Made by a program: the position numbers and the translations under genes. A stretch of 64,000 nt of DNA from an uncultured candidate division Zixibacteria bacterium (GTDB taxonomy: Bacteria; Zixibacteria; MSB-5A5; GN15; FEB-12): the NCBI GenBank assembly GCA_963664195.1, contig OY760907.1, positions 1,568,001 through 1,632,000 on the forward strand. Reading direction: 5' to 3'. The notes beneath the pieces are model-generated. The model was not told the DNA's origin, made no database searches, and worked only from the letters and a program-made list of their open reading frames with translations. Below, one piece after another: positions 19,555-31,474 of this stretch; the stretch's first letter is position 1; every line of letters starts with the position of its first letter.

Positions 19555-21309
19555 TCAGTTGTACTGAATAATGATCGTGTCCCTGACCATCGCTGCGCCG
19601 CCGATCTTCTCGACCAGCTCCCAGGCAGCATCGTCCGTCAGGTGGCTGGGGTCGCCGCCCCCAGTCGCGTTGTCTTCAATGTACAGGCTGGTGCAGACGT
19701 AACCGGTGGCTGGATTCTGCTGCAGTCCCCAGAGACCTTGCACGCTGGTGAGATGCCAGCAGTTGTTGATAATGATGGCGTCCCAGGCATGATCGAGGTT
19801 GGAGAGCGGGTCAAGATTTCTCAGCGCCGTCATGTGGTTGAGTCGCAAGGCTCCAGAGATGTGCGTGAGTGCCTCCAGTCCGGCCAGAGACTCCAGCGAG
19901 TACAGTTGTCTAAGACCGAGAGGGCCGTCAATGGTTTGCAGCGTCCCCAGGGCTTCGATGTCTTCAAGTTCATCGCAATACTCGATCCACAAACTGTGGC
20001 TTAGGGATTGTATCAGGCCGAGGCCGTCGAGGGTAATCAGGCCGTCGTTGTATTTGATGCTGAGCCCCTGGACGTTGGTGAGTGACCCCAACCCCGTCAG
20101 GTCTGTCAGCAGCGGGCAGGCTTCTACCTGAAGACTGCGTCCGACCGTGTGAAGTCGGTCAAGTCCGCTCAAGGTCGCCAGGACGTTGTCGTTTCGTACA
20201 AAGCAGTAGCCGTTGACTTGAGAGACGGTTAGACCGGCGAGAGTCGTCAACTCTCTGTTGTCGGTGATGTCGAGATCCCCCTCGACCAGCGTAATTCCGG
20301 ACAGTCCTGCCACGCTCAGCAGGGATCGGTTCTCTGCTATTGTAATCGAGCTCGTTGTTCCGGTGATCCCGGACAGGCCATCGAAATTCAGCAAGCTGTC
20401 ATTGGCGCGGAAACTGATCCCGCCGTAGTACTGCATGTCTGTCGGGTTGATTGATCTGAGTCCGGAGAGACCGTTGAGATTCCGCAACACGCCGTTGTAC
20501 TCTACAATGATTGAGCCTGCCGATGCGCACTGAGGCAGATTTACCTCAAGAAGTGAGTCGCAGTTGTAAATCCGCAGTTGGTGAGAGATCGATGTCAGTG
20601 CGGGTATGTTGACCGCTTTCAAGTTGTGCGCCGCCTGCGGGGAACCGTACATGTTCAGATCGCCGCCGACTGTGACGAGGTTTGGCAGGACGACTGAGTC
20701 CGGTCCCTGCGACGCGATCTCCAACTCGCCGGTTATCGCGACATAATCCTGGAAGTTGGCCAGGGTGGTGCTATCGTAAATCACGTAGTCGCCGGTGTAT
20801 GTCAGGCCGCTGGCGGCCACGCTGCCCACGACACCGTAGCTGCTAAAACTGCTGATTGGAGCGGTGGCCCAGTTCGAATCCGTATTGACTGCGAATCCGC
20901 CCACCGACTGCCAGCTGCCGGAAACGATTTTGCAGAGTTCGAGACTGGCTTCGGTGACCCCTGCGGGGAGGTTTGATTCGTTGTATCTTATCTTGAGCGT
21001 TACCGGCGTCAGGAACTGCTGACCGTCGGGGCTGAACTCGTAGCAGGTGCCGGAAACGTAACCCGTGTCAGCCGGGAAGGTAGACTGCGCTGCGACGGCA
21101 ACCTCAATGTCGGCGGCAACTGCGCTGGCGGGAACGGTGAGGGTTACGGTGCCTCCGGCAAACGCGAAAGTGCCTCCCTGTGCGCCCACGGTTGTGCCGG
21201 TAGCGGGCGGGTCGCCTCCGGGTGATACGGGATCATCGCCACCACAACCAAAGAGGTATCCTATTAGTATGAAGGAGAATAGCGTAATCAGTAACGTACG
21301 GGAGTTCAT
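19555..21309 (-). CDS. Surface lipoprotein with a ZU5-like domain and receptor-L-domain/leucine-rich repeats
   Basis: LFGC lipobox; TLTVPASAV...YEFSPDGQQFLTPVTLKIRY...PISSFSSY; repeated LxIxxNxxLxxLxGLxxLxxI units. Confidence 0.75.
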   Translation of the reverse strand: MNSRTLLITLFSFILIGYLFGCGGDDPVSPGGDPPATGTTVGAQGGTFAFAGGTVTLTVPASAVAADIEVAVAAQSTFPADTGYVSGTCYEFSPDGQQFLTPVTLKIRYNESNLPAGVTEASLELCKIVSGSWQSVGGFAVNTDSNWATAPISSFSSYGVVGSVAASGLTYTGDYVIYDSTTLANFQDYVAITGELEIASQGPDSVVLPNLVTVGGDLNMYGSPQAAHNLKAVNIPALTSISHQLRIYNCDSLLEVNLPQCASAGSIIVEYNGVLRNLNGLSGLRSINPTDMQYYGGISFRANDSLLNFDGLSGITGTTSSITIAENRSLLSVAGLSGITLVEGDLDITDNRELTTLAGLTVSQVNGYCFVRNDNVLATLSGLDRLHTVGRSLQVEACPLLTDLTGLGSLTNVQGLSIKYNDGLITLDGLGLIQSLSHSLWIEYCDELEDIEALGTLQTIDGPLGLRQLYSLESLAGLEALTHISGALRLNHMTALRNLDPLSNLDHAWDAIIINNCWHLTSVQGLWGLQQNPATGYVCTSLYIEDNATGGGDPSHLTDDAAWELVEKIGGAAMVRDTIIIQYN

Positions 21310-21523
21310 GTCAATCCTCTCATATCTGGTCGAATCATCGAATTCTGTCAGTATCCGCAGTCTTTACGGCAGGCGTGAACGGGCTACCATGGGCAGTGCG
21401 GGTGTGCAATTAAAGTGAATATAGGCCTCTGTGACGTTTTTTGTCAATGAGTTTTGAGGCAGTTACACCGTCAAAGAGACCTTGAGGGTGGCACCCGGAG
21501 CGGGAGTGAACTTCTAAGTTCGG

Positions 21524-23488
<1,965 letters not shown>

Positions 23489-23504
23489 TGATCAACTCGT
23501 GCGG

Positions 23505-24470
23505 CTATTCTTCCAGCGAGTGTGCGTGGAGAAGTACGTTCCAGGCAAAGCTGACATTGCCGGCACGCAGAGCGTACCTGGCTGCAAGCTGTATCTGACG
23601 CAGCGCACCGCTGTTGTCAGATTCGAATGAGGCAATTGCCGCCCGGAACATGCCTTTGTAATCGCCCTGCGATTTGTATTCGTCGAACCTGCGATTGTCA
23701 TCGGCGAGGATCGTGATACCCTGTACGAAGTGACGGACTTCCTCGGCGTCGGGGGTTGCTTCGCTGTTGGCTAGCTGACCAAGATTGTTCGCCGACAGGA
23801 TGTTCGAGTTCTTGATGAAATCGGGCAGTTGATCATAGCCGATACCGGTGCGGCCGATGGGTTTTTCTACTTCGAAGATTGCGCTGCCGGAAGCGCGGCA
23901 ATAGAAGTCGGCGCTCATGCGTGCTACGAGATCGATTCGGTTCGGATGAATGACGCCGTCTTCGAAGATGTCTTCGGATATGTGAAACTTGACTACTTCG
24001 CAGATCGCGAGATTACCGGAGCCTTCGGCCTCGCCGAGATGGATCATGTCGGATAACATACATTCCATCTGAAATGGAGATTCTTTGACCCGTGGTGGTA
24101 TGACGAGATCGGACGCAACCGGGGTCAATCCGCTCTTGACGAACTCATCAATGTCGGCAGCGTATTCGGTTGAAGCCAGCGACACCTGCTGGACCATGTC
24201 GTACGTCACGGACTGTATGGTGCACTCGCGGGTTGCGATGAGATTGTTATAGGTGTCCTTGAGCGTGTTGTCGCGAGCACGTCGTGAGGGGGAGAAGGCG
24301 ACCGTCGGCGGATTCGCCCCAAAAGCGTTAAAGAACGAAAACGGGGAGAGGTTGACATTGCCGTCGGTTGATACGGTTGACACCAGCGCTATCGGGCGAG
24401 GTCCCACACCGCCCAGCAGGTAGCCGAATACTTCGCGGACCGACAGGTCTTTTGGCAGGAGATCAATCAT
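23505..24470 (-). CDS. Flavin reductase-like protein (DIM6/NTAB family) with C-terminal extension
   Basis: PRPIALVSTV, NLSPFSFFN, KDTYNN, PRVKESPFQMEC. Confidence 0.85.
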   Translation of the reverse strand: MIDLLPKDLSVREVFGYLLGGVGPRPIALVSTVSTDGNVNLSPFSFFNAFGANPPTVAFSPSRRARDNTLKDTYNNLIATRECTIQSVTYDMVQQVSLASTEYAADIDEFVKSGLTPVASDLVIPPRVKESPFQMECMLSDMIHLGEAEGSGNLAICEVVKFHISEDIFEDGVIHPNRIDLVARMSADFYCRASGSAIFEVEKPIGRTGIGYDQLPDFIKNSNILSANNLGQLANSEATPDAEEVRHFVQGITILADDNRRFDEYKSQGDYKGMFRAAIASFESDNSGALRQIQLAARYALRAGNVSFAWNVLLHAHSLEE

Positions 24471-25501
24471 CGGGCCGTCTCAACGTTCTTTTTTTTCGCC
24501 AGAATAGAGCGCTCGCCCCGAGTTCTGACGATCTCATGTTTCAGTTTTCCGAGTCCGGCGATTTCGAGTTCAATAATATCGCCCTGCTGAAGCCAGACCG
24601 GGGTAAACTCCTCGCCCTTCTTTTTGGCTTCAAGCGCGGCTGTTCCGTTGAGTTCAAGGAAACAGCCGGTGCCGACAGTGCCAGAACCGATCACGTCACC
24701 GGGGAACAACTGGACGCCGTAGGAGGCGCGTTCGATGATCTCGGCGAATGTCCAGTTCATGTCTCTCATGGTACCATCGGAGACTTGCTTGCCATTATGA
24801 TACGCTTGCATACGCAGGTCGTATTTGTTGCCGTCCGGAGTCTCTATCAGGTTGTTTTGGAGTTCGTCGACCGTCACCAGCCAGGGGCCGATGGCGGTGG
24901 CGAAATCCTTGCCTTTGGCGGGGCCGAGGTTGAGCTTCATTTCCTCCATCTGGAGAACGCGGGCAGAGAAGTCGTTCATGATGGTGTAGCCGGCAATATG
25001 GCTGTCCGCTTCTTCGGCCGGGATGTTCTTTCCGCCTTTGCCGATAACGATTGCCGCTTCGAGCTCGAAATCGAGTTTCTGCAGGTGATCCGTCTCAACC
25101 TCGAGCACACCCTCGCCTATGGTGGCGTTGTGGTTTGTGAAATAGAAGACCGGGTACTGGTCGAATTCGGGAATCATCGCGACGCCACGATTGCGGCGAG
25201 CGGTGGCCACATGCTGGCGAAACGCGTAGGCATCTCGACATGAGGGGGGACGAGGCACCGGGGCGAGCAGGTGGATCTGGTCCGGGTTGACGCGGGAAGT
25301 GATTTCGCCGTCGAGCCAGGCCGACTCCACCTCTCTTACACCTTCCATGAGTTTGTCGCCGCCTTCGAGGAGCGGGAGTATTGTGGCAGGGAGTTCGAGG
25401 CCCAGCTCTCGGGCGCAAACTCGGAGGTCAACCGTGTGACCGTCGATTACCAGACCGACGCGTTCTTGATCGTTGGCGTTAAGAAAAGAGACCAGTTTCA
25501 T
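24467..25501 (-). CDS. Fumarylacetoacetate hydrolase family protein (probable fumarylacetoacetase)
   Basis: RDAYAFRQH, PVFYFTN, LDFELE, MNDFSARVLQ, KGKDFAT, PGDVIGSGTVGTGC; lies downstream of hmgA. Confidence 0.88.
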   Translation of the reverse strand: MKLVSFLNANDQERVGLVIDGHTVDLRVCARELGLELPATILPLLEGGDKLMEGVREVESAWLDGEITSRVNPDQIHLLAPVPRPPSCRDAYAFRQHVATARRNRGVAMIPEFDQYPVFYFTNHNATIGEGVLEVETDHLQKLDFELEAAIVIGKGGKNIPAEEADSHIAGYTIMNDFSARVLQMEEMKLNLGPAKGKDFATAIGPWLVTVDELQNNLIETPDGNKYDLRMQAYHNGKQVSDGTMRDMNWTFAEIIERASYGVQLFPGDVIGSGTVGTGCFLELNGTAALEAKKKGEEFTPVWLQQGDIIELEIAGLGKLKHEIVRTRGERSILAKKKNVETAR

Positions 25502-25625
25502 GTATTGCCATCCTCTGTTTGTGTCTTGTGCATCAAGTCAAAATGTAGCGTGTCGTTGCGGGGGTTAACTCCAGGTGGTAGGTTTGAAGACAGATATTCC
25601 CTACGAATCTGAGGGCAGCAGATGG

Positions 25626-26786
25626 CTACTTCAACCATGACTGTGCATAATCCTTGTCCAACGTTTCTTTCACATTCAAGGTCGGACGGAGCGGCGAGAA
25701 CGTGTCGACCATTACCGCCCATTCATCTGTAGCTTTCGCGCCGATAGAGGCTTCTGTTCGGCCAGGCTGCGGACCGTGGGGCATTCCGCCCGGATGCAGC
25801 GTGATCGAGCCTTCCTTAACACCCTTTCGGGACATGAAATCTCCCTCCACATAGTACAGAACTTCATCGCTGTCGATGTTGGAGTGGAAGTACGGTGCTG
25901 GGATGGCGTCGTCGTGGAAGTCATACGGTCTTGGGACAAAATTGCAGATCACGAAATGCTGCGTCGTGAACACAAGGTGCACCGGCGGCGGGAGATGGAT
26001 GCGTCCGACTTTCGCGTGATAGTTCCTGATGTTAAACGCATACGGGTAGAGATAACCGTCCCAGCCGACGACATCAAAGGGATTATGCGGAGCAATGTGT
26101 TCGTAGTATTGTTCGCCTGCCTTCACGATAATCCGGAACTCGCCGGTCTCGTCGTTGGCCGGTTCGTGCTCGGGCAGTTTGAAATCGCGCTCGCTGTACG
26201 GTGCGTGCTCTTCCATCTGGCCGTAGGCGTTGTGGAAGTGGTTCGGGATTTCAAAGGCGGTGTCAGATTCCACAATCAGCAGTTTGTTGTTCTCAAACGA
26301 GTCGAATTCCATTCGGTAGGTGACGGCGCGCGGTACGATGATCTGGTCGCCTTCTTCGAAAGGCATTCCGCCGAACTCGCTGTAGAACACACCCGTGCCG
26401 CGGTGGACAAAGACATACTCGGCGGCGTACGCGTTGCGGTAGAAGTCATCGGAGTCTTCAGTGACGTTGGCCGTGGCAATCACACAATGCGGATTGGTGA
26501 GATAAGCATCGCGGGCAGTGATGAAGCTGCCCCCGGATTTCCTGTCGTCCGTGAAGCAATGGTAGTAAGTCAGAGGTGCTTCCGGCCAGACTACTTGTTT
26601 GTGTAAATCGATCGCCCCGATGCGCAGCATACTTGTGGGCATGTGAATGTGGTACTTGTTGGAGTAGATACCGGAGAAACCCTTGCTTGAAAACAACTCC
26701 TCGCGATAAAGCGACTTGCCGTCGGGCTGATAGAAAGTCGTATGCTTGACCGGTGGCAGTTCACCCAGCTTATGATAATACGGCAT
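25626..26786 (-). CDS. hmgA: Homogentisate 1,2-dioxygenase
   Basis: PFDVVGWDG, RIHLPPPVH, PYFHSNIDSDE, SITLHPGGMPHGP. Confidence 0.94.
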   Translation of the reverse strand: MPYYHKLGELPPVKHTTFYQPDGKSLYREELFSSKGFSGIYSNKYHIHMPTSMLRIGAIDLHKQVVWPEAPLTYYHCFTDDRKSGGSFITARDAYLTNPHCVIATANVTEDSDDFYRNAYAAEYVFVHRGTGVFYSEFGGMPFEEGDQIIVPRAVTYRMEFDSFENNKLLIVESDTAFEIPNHFHNAYGQMEEHAPYSERDFKLPEHEPANDETGEFRIIVKAGEQYYEHIAPHNPFDVVGWDGYLYPYAFNIRNYHAKVGRIHLPPPVHLVFTTQHFVICNFVPRPYDFHDDAIPAPYFHSNIDSDEVLYYVEGDFMSRKGVKEGSITLHPGGMPHGPQPGRTEASIGAKATDEWAVMVDTFSPLRPTLNVKETLDKDYAQSWLK

Positions 26787-26843
26787 GTGGCGTTCCTCCC
26801 TGTTCGTCTATCCTGCGGTGCGCGATGGCGTCGTGATAGGAGA

Positions 26844-26875
26844 GGCTGGGGCAGACGAGGGCGTCTGCCGCCCAC
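26844..26875 (-). repeat. REP-like hairpin, family B
   Basis: Minus strand GTGGGCGGCAGACGCCCTCGTCTGCCCCAGCC; near-identical copy at 61073-61104, variant at 37375-37404. Confidence 0.75.
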
Positions 26876-26914
26876 GAGCGTTCCTTTCCCTCAGTGACGC
26901 TGGCACTCCTCAGC

Positions 26915-28054
26915 CTAGCACGGTGGTATGACATCGGTTGTTTCCCTCTCAAGATTGCCGCGAAGTTTCTGGTCAAGTTCTATTGATTCGAACAGTGCCT
27001 GAAAATTGCCCTTGCCAAAACCCTCGCTGCCGCCGCGGCGCTGGATAAATTCAAAGAAGAAGGTCGGACGGTCTCCGACCGGTTTGGTGAAGAGCTGGAG
27101 GAGGTAACCGTTGCCTTCGATGTCGCAGAGGATGCGTTGCTCCTGGAGATCGTCGATGCTCTCTTTCAGTTCAATGTCGTCTCGATTTCGGAGCATGTCA
27201 TAATATGTGTCCGGTACCCAGAGAAATTCCATGCCGTTGGCGCGGAGAGCGGAGATGGTTTTGATGATGTTCTCCGTGGCAATGGCAATATGCTGCACAC
27301 CGGAGCCGTGGTACTGTTCGATGTACTCCTCGATCTGGGACTTTTTCATTCCCTCGAACGGCTCGTTGATCGGGTTGCGAATTTTGCTGTCCTTGGTGCG
27401 CACGACTTTTGAGAGCAGGGCTGAGAATCTGGTCCCGATATCGCCGGCTTTGAAATCGACAAACGTCTCGAAACCCATCGTCTTGTTGAAGTACTCCGCC
27501 CAGAGATTCATCTCGTTTTCGCGGACATTGCCAACTATGTGATCAATGCCGATGATTCCGGTGTCTTCGCAGGCGAGGGTGATCTCCTGTATTGGCCTGC
27601 AGAAATCCGGCTTCAGGATGTGCGTGTAACGATCGCGGTTGACGTACACCAGCTCGGTGTCATCGTAAAGTCGGATGGCAGCTTCTTCGACGTAGCCGTA
27701 GTCGTTCTCCAGTTTGGTGGGGCGGCTGACCATCACGGCCCCGTGCCCGGTTGCGTAGTCAAAAGCGACAGTGACGTCATCGACTTCAATTGCCCAACGC
27801 TTGACGCCGTCGCCGTGGCGGTTGACAAAATTCTGCACTTCAAAACAACCTGGTTGAACCGCCGAAGTGATGACGAATTTCAGGTTGCCCCGGGTCAGGT
27901 AGTACGAAACGCGATCGCGTACGCCCGTTTCGGGGCCGCGATAACCCGTGATCGTCAACCCCATAGCTTTTGCATACCAGTAGGCTACCATTTTGGCAGA
28001 GCCAACATAGAATTCCACAAAGTCGTAGCCTCGTATGCCAATAATATCTGCCAT
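26915..28054 (-). CDS. hppD: 4-hydroxyphenylpyruvate dioxygenase
   Basis: HGDGVK, IDHIVGN, PINEP, SQIEEY...GVQHIA, YLLQLFTKP, GFGKGNFQALFESIE; AGGAGGA RBS. Confidence 0.95.
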   Translation of the reverse strand: MADIIGIRGYDFVEFYVGSAKMVAYWYAKAMGLTITGYRGPETGVRDRVSYYLTRGNLKFVITSAVQPGCFEVQNFVNRHGDGVKRWAIEVDDVTVAFDYATGHGAVMVSRPTKLENDYGYVEEAAIRLYDDTELVYVNRDRYTHILKPDFCRPIQEITLACEDTGIIGIDHIVGNVRENEMNLWAEYFNKTMGFETFVDFKAGDIGTRFSALLSKVVRTKDSKIRNPINEPFEGMKKSQIEEYIEQYHGSGVQHIAIATENIIKTISALRANGMEFLWVPDTYYDMLRNRDDIELKESIDDLQEQRILCDIEGNGYLLQLFTKPVGDRPTFFFEFIQRRGGSEGFGKGNFQALFESIELDQKLRGNLERETTDVIPPC

Positions 28055-28282
28055 GTACAATCCTCCTGCTAGTTATGCACTATAACTGAAGAAGAGGAGC
28101 CCGGTTCCTGCATATTACAGCCGTTTGACACATCCGGTGCAGTCACGGTAAGATATTGCCGGTAACAAGATTGCAGGAATACCTTGCGGATCGGCAAGAG
28201 AGAGGATATATTGGATCAATGTAGTACATGACGCGGGAAGCAGGCCCGCAGAGTCCGACCGTGTCCGATAGGAGAAGCAGTT

Positions 28283-30058
28283 GTGTCAGGAGTTGAGAAC
28301 AGCGCGTTGCCCGGCGCCGGACTGCCGGACCATCTGAAGCAGTTTGTGGTTGATCAACAGTACGATCGGTACACACCGATTGATCATGCCGTGTGGCGGT
28401 TTATCATGCGGCAAAATGTCCGCTACCTGAAGACTCACGCTCATCGCGTCTATTTTCAGGGACTGTTGGATACGGGCATTGGGGTAGAGCGGATTCCGAG
28501 TATTGAGGAAATGAATGCAATCCTCGGCAAAATCGGTTGGGGAGCCGTGGCGGTGGACGGTTTCATACCGCCGGCGGCGTTTATGGAATTTCAGGCGTAC
28601 CGTGTGCTGGTAATCGCGTGTGACATTCGTCAGATAGACCATATCGAATACACGCCCGCCCCGGACATTGTCCACGAGGCTGCGGGGCATGCGCCAATCA
28701 TAGTTGATTCCGAATATGCCGAGTATCTTCGCCGGTTTGGCGAGGTCGGCGCAAAAGCGATGTCTTCAAAAAAAGACATCGAATTATACGAGGCGATTCG
28801 ACGGCTATCGATTCTCAAAGAATACGCGGCCTCCGATCCTGAAGAGATTGAGCAAGCTGAAAGAGACGTGCTACATTGTCAGGAGACGCTTGGGGAGCCG
28901 TCGGAAATGGCCCTCCTGTCACGTCTGCACTGGTGGACGGTTGAATACGGGCTTATCGGTACTCTGGAGGAGCCGAAGATATACGGCGCGGGTTTGTTGT
29001 CCTCGATTGGGGAATCCGTCTCCTGTCTTACAGACGAAGTGAAGAAGATTCCATACTCGCTCGAAACGAAAGATTCAGCCTTCGATATCACTACCAAACA
29101 ACCCCAGTTGTTTGTCACGCCGAGTTTCGAGCATCTCTCTAACGTGCTCGAGGAGTTTGTCGGCACGATGGCGTTTACCGTTGGCGGCTGCTCCGGACTT
29201 GAAAAGGCGATTGAGTGTGCGAACGTTTCGACCGCTGTCTATTCGTCAGGTTTGCAAGTAACGGGAGTAGTGGTTGAAATGACGACTCTGGACGGCGAGC
29301 AACCGTACTATCTCAAACTGTCCGGGCCGACAGCGCTTGCGTACGACAATGTGCAGCTCGACGGACACGACAAGAAGTACCACAAGGACGGGTTCGGATC
29401 ACCGGTGGGGCGTTTGAAGGGAGAGGATCGACCGTTGGAGGATCTCGAGGAAGGCGATCTCAGATCCGCAGGGATTGAGACAGGCCGCACTTGTCGGTTG
29501 GAGTTTGAGTCGGGCGTGATCGTCAGCGGTCTGCTTGAGAGTCAACTCCGTTGCGACGGCAAGCTGTGTTTGCTGACATTCTCGGACTGTAGGGTTAAGC
29601 GTGGCGACGATCTATTGTTCAGCCCTGATTGGGGAGCCTACGACATGGCTGTCGGGAGTTCCATTACTTCCGTGTTTTCTGGTGCGGCAGACAAAAACGC
29701 CTACGATCAGATATCGCTGGTGCCGAAGCAACGGACGATCAAGGCTGCGAGTGACGAATCAACTCTCCGTCTCCAGAAGTTGTACCAGGGTGTTCGGGAC
29801 GTACGGGAGTCTGACAAGGGATATGAGCGGTTGCCCGGATTGTGGGCCGCCGTACGTGAGGGTTTCGGAGAAGACTGGTTGCTGCCAATGGAAATCTTCG
29901 AGTTGCTGGTCGAGAAAAAGACTGATCCCGGCTTGCAGAGAGAGATCAACGACTATCTCCGGGCCATGTCATGGTCCAACCCGGATTTGGCGAGTGTAAT
30001 AACGCAGGGATTCAGTTTGGCCGGGGGAGATGTTTGCGAGGAGCAGGTGGCGGAATAG
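28283..30058 (+). CDS. phhA: Pterin-dependent aromatic amino acid hydroxylase (phenylalanine 4-hydroxylase, long form)
   Basis: YTPAPDIVHEAAGHAP (Fe-binding His pair), LHWWTVEYGL, IYGAGLLSSIGES, FDITTKQPQLFV. Confidence 0.92.
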   Translation: MSGVENSALPGAGLPDHLKQFVVDQQYDRYTPIDHAVWRFIMRQNVRYLKTHAHRVYFQGLLDTGIGVERIPSIEEMNAILGKIGWGAVAVDGFIPPAAFMEFQAYRVLVIACDIRQIDHIEYTPAPDIVHEAAGHAPIIVDSEYAEYLRRFGEVGAKAMSSKKDIELYEAIRRLSILKEYAASDPEEIEQAERDVLHCQETLGEPSEMALLSRLHWWTVEYGLIGTLEEPKIYGAGLLSSIGESVSCLTDEVKKIPYSLETKDSAFDITTKQPQLFVTPSFEHLSNVLEEFVGTMAFTVGGCSGLEKAIECANVSTAVYSSGLQVTGVVVEMTTLDGEQPYYLKLSGPTALAYDNVQLDGHDKKYHKDGFGSPVGRLKGEDRPLEDLEEGDLRSAGIETGRTCRLEFESGVIVSGLLESQLRCDGKLCLLTFSDCRVKRGDDLLFSPDWGAYDMAVGSSITSVFSGAADKNAYDQISLVPKQRTIKAASDESTLRLQKLYQGVRDVRESDKGYERLPGLWAAVREGFGEDWLLPMEIFELLVEKKTDPGLQREINDYLRAMSWSNPDLASVITQGFSLAGGDVCEEQVAE

Positions 30059-30167
30059 ACAGCGGTCGATTGTCGGAACCGCAGGGGGCGGCCCTACACT
30101 TCATGGCCGACGGCTGTCGGGCCTCAGGGAGGCCCGACCCGCGGTGGGGTTGCCCGTCCATGGCGTG

Positions 30168-30539
30168 CTACTTCAGCACGTGTTCCATCATTCCCTTGAC
30201 GTTGTCCCCCCCTTTGGATCGAACATAGGATAGTATGATCGGGACAAACTTGCCGACCATATCCGATCCCATTCCCAGTTTCGAGAAACTCCCGGCGAGT
30301 GAGATCAGGCCCCCCACGTTTCCGCCGACGCCAGAGATTCCGCCGACGATTCCGCCCATGCCTTCCGGCTCCGGCGCGGCACCAATCAGATCGTTCACTT
30401 CCGGCACGGAGGAGGAGAGTTGCTTGTAGTCAGCCCTCCTGAGTTTGTCTTTGGCCAGCCGGAAAACGAGTCCGGCACCACCCCTCGCTTGATCTTGGGT
30501 TACCCCGAGATTCTGGGTCAGAGTCTCCATCAAGTTCAT
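30168..30539 (-). CDS. DUF2780-like protein
   Basis: LTQNLGVTQDQARGGAGLVF...FSKLGMGSDMVGKFVPIILSY. Confidence 0.75.
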   Translation of the reverse strand: MNLMETLTQNLGVTQDQARGGAGLVFRLAKDKLRRADYKQLSSSVPEVNDLIGAAPEPEGMGGIVGGISGVGGNVGGLISLAGSFSKLGMGSDMVGKFVPIILSYVRSKGGDNVKGMMEHVLK

Positions 30540-30673
30540 AATCAGCCCCTTCTTTTTCAAGCAGTTCGCTGTTGTTTTAGCCTGCGAGTTTGTAGCCGCT
30601 CGGACCGCGGGACCCCGTGCGAGGTTCGAGTTGCGCCGGGATCCCTGTAACCGATACGGTACAGCGGTTTCGC

Positions 30674-31078
30674 TCAGTACTTGATAACGCGCGGCAGGTT
30701 CTTGGCCTGACTAACCCATTCGTTAATAGTGTGTTCCGTTGGCACCTGGCGGACGAGATGCTTCTCCTCGTTGACCTGTATCATTCGTTCGTGCAGGTTC
30801 TCCGGGTTCCTCTGGGCCATTTCCGGCACGGTGTCCACACCGGCTGCTTCGAGCAATTCGGAGTACTCTTCACCGACTCCCTTGATCCGGAACAGGTCGG
30901 ACATGTTCACGAAGCGCGTTATCACTTTCTCGCTGACACCGGTGGCCTCTGCGAGTTCTCTGCGTCCCTGCGTGGTTGAACCTCTCTCCAGCAGAGCCTC
31001 GGTTGTCGTAATGCCTGTTTTTCTCATTTTGGCCGCGAGCGTGTCGCCCACGCCTTCAATGTTGGTAAGTTTCGGCAT
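30674..31078 (-). CDS. DUF4332 / helix-hairpin-helix protein
   Basis: IEGVG...DLFRIKGVGEEYSELLEAAGVDTVPEMAQRNPENL. Confidence 0.85.
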   Translation of the reverse strand: MPKLTNIEGVGDTLAAKMRKTGITTTEALLERGSTTQGRRELAEATGVSEKVITRFVNMSDLFRIKGVGEEYSELLEAAGVDTVPEMAQRNPENLHERMIQVNEEKHLVRQVPTEHTINEWVSQAKNLPRVIKY

Positions 31079-31184
31079 GTGTGTTCTCCTTGTTCTTGGT
31101 TGTACTTGAAGTTCGGTATTCTCCGGTCAGTCGCGTCTCGAACCCTTCACCGGTGGATGCTATCCTCCATGAAACCGGACCGTT

Positions 31185-31272
31185 CCGCCAATTCCGAAAG
31201 CAGTTGCCACGGCGACCGCGATGGCACCGAGGATTGTTCCGAACGCCATGTTTACTGATTCATTGGCCAGCC
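31185..31272 (-). pseudogene. Fragment of a CmpX/MscS-associated TM-helix protein C-terminus
   Basis: LANESVNMAFGTILGAIAVAVATAFGIGG resembles the C-terminal helix of that family; flanking frame is not protein-like. Confidence 0.5.
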
Positions 31273-31474
31273 TGTGTGTCGAATTGGTCACTACCCGGGG
31301 GGAGGAGACGTGCGGATTCCCCGGAAACCTGAATCGCAGTGTCAGGCCCACTCGGCTACCCTTTGCCCTATGCACTAAACGCACTGTAGCCGCGGGTTGT
31401 TTGCCGGGCAGATGTGAGCATATCGAAGGTTGAGGAATGCATCTTGCGGTTGAACAGAGCGGTCAGAGTATGAC

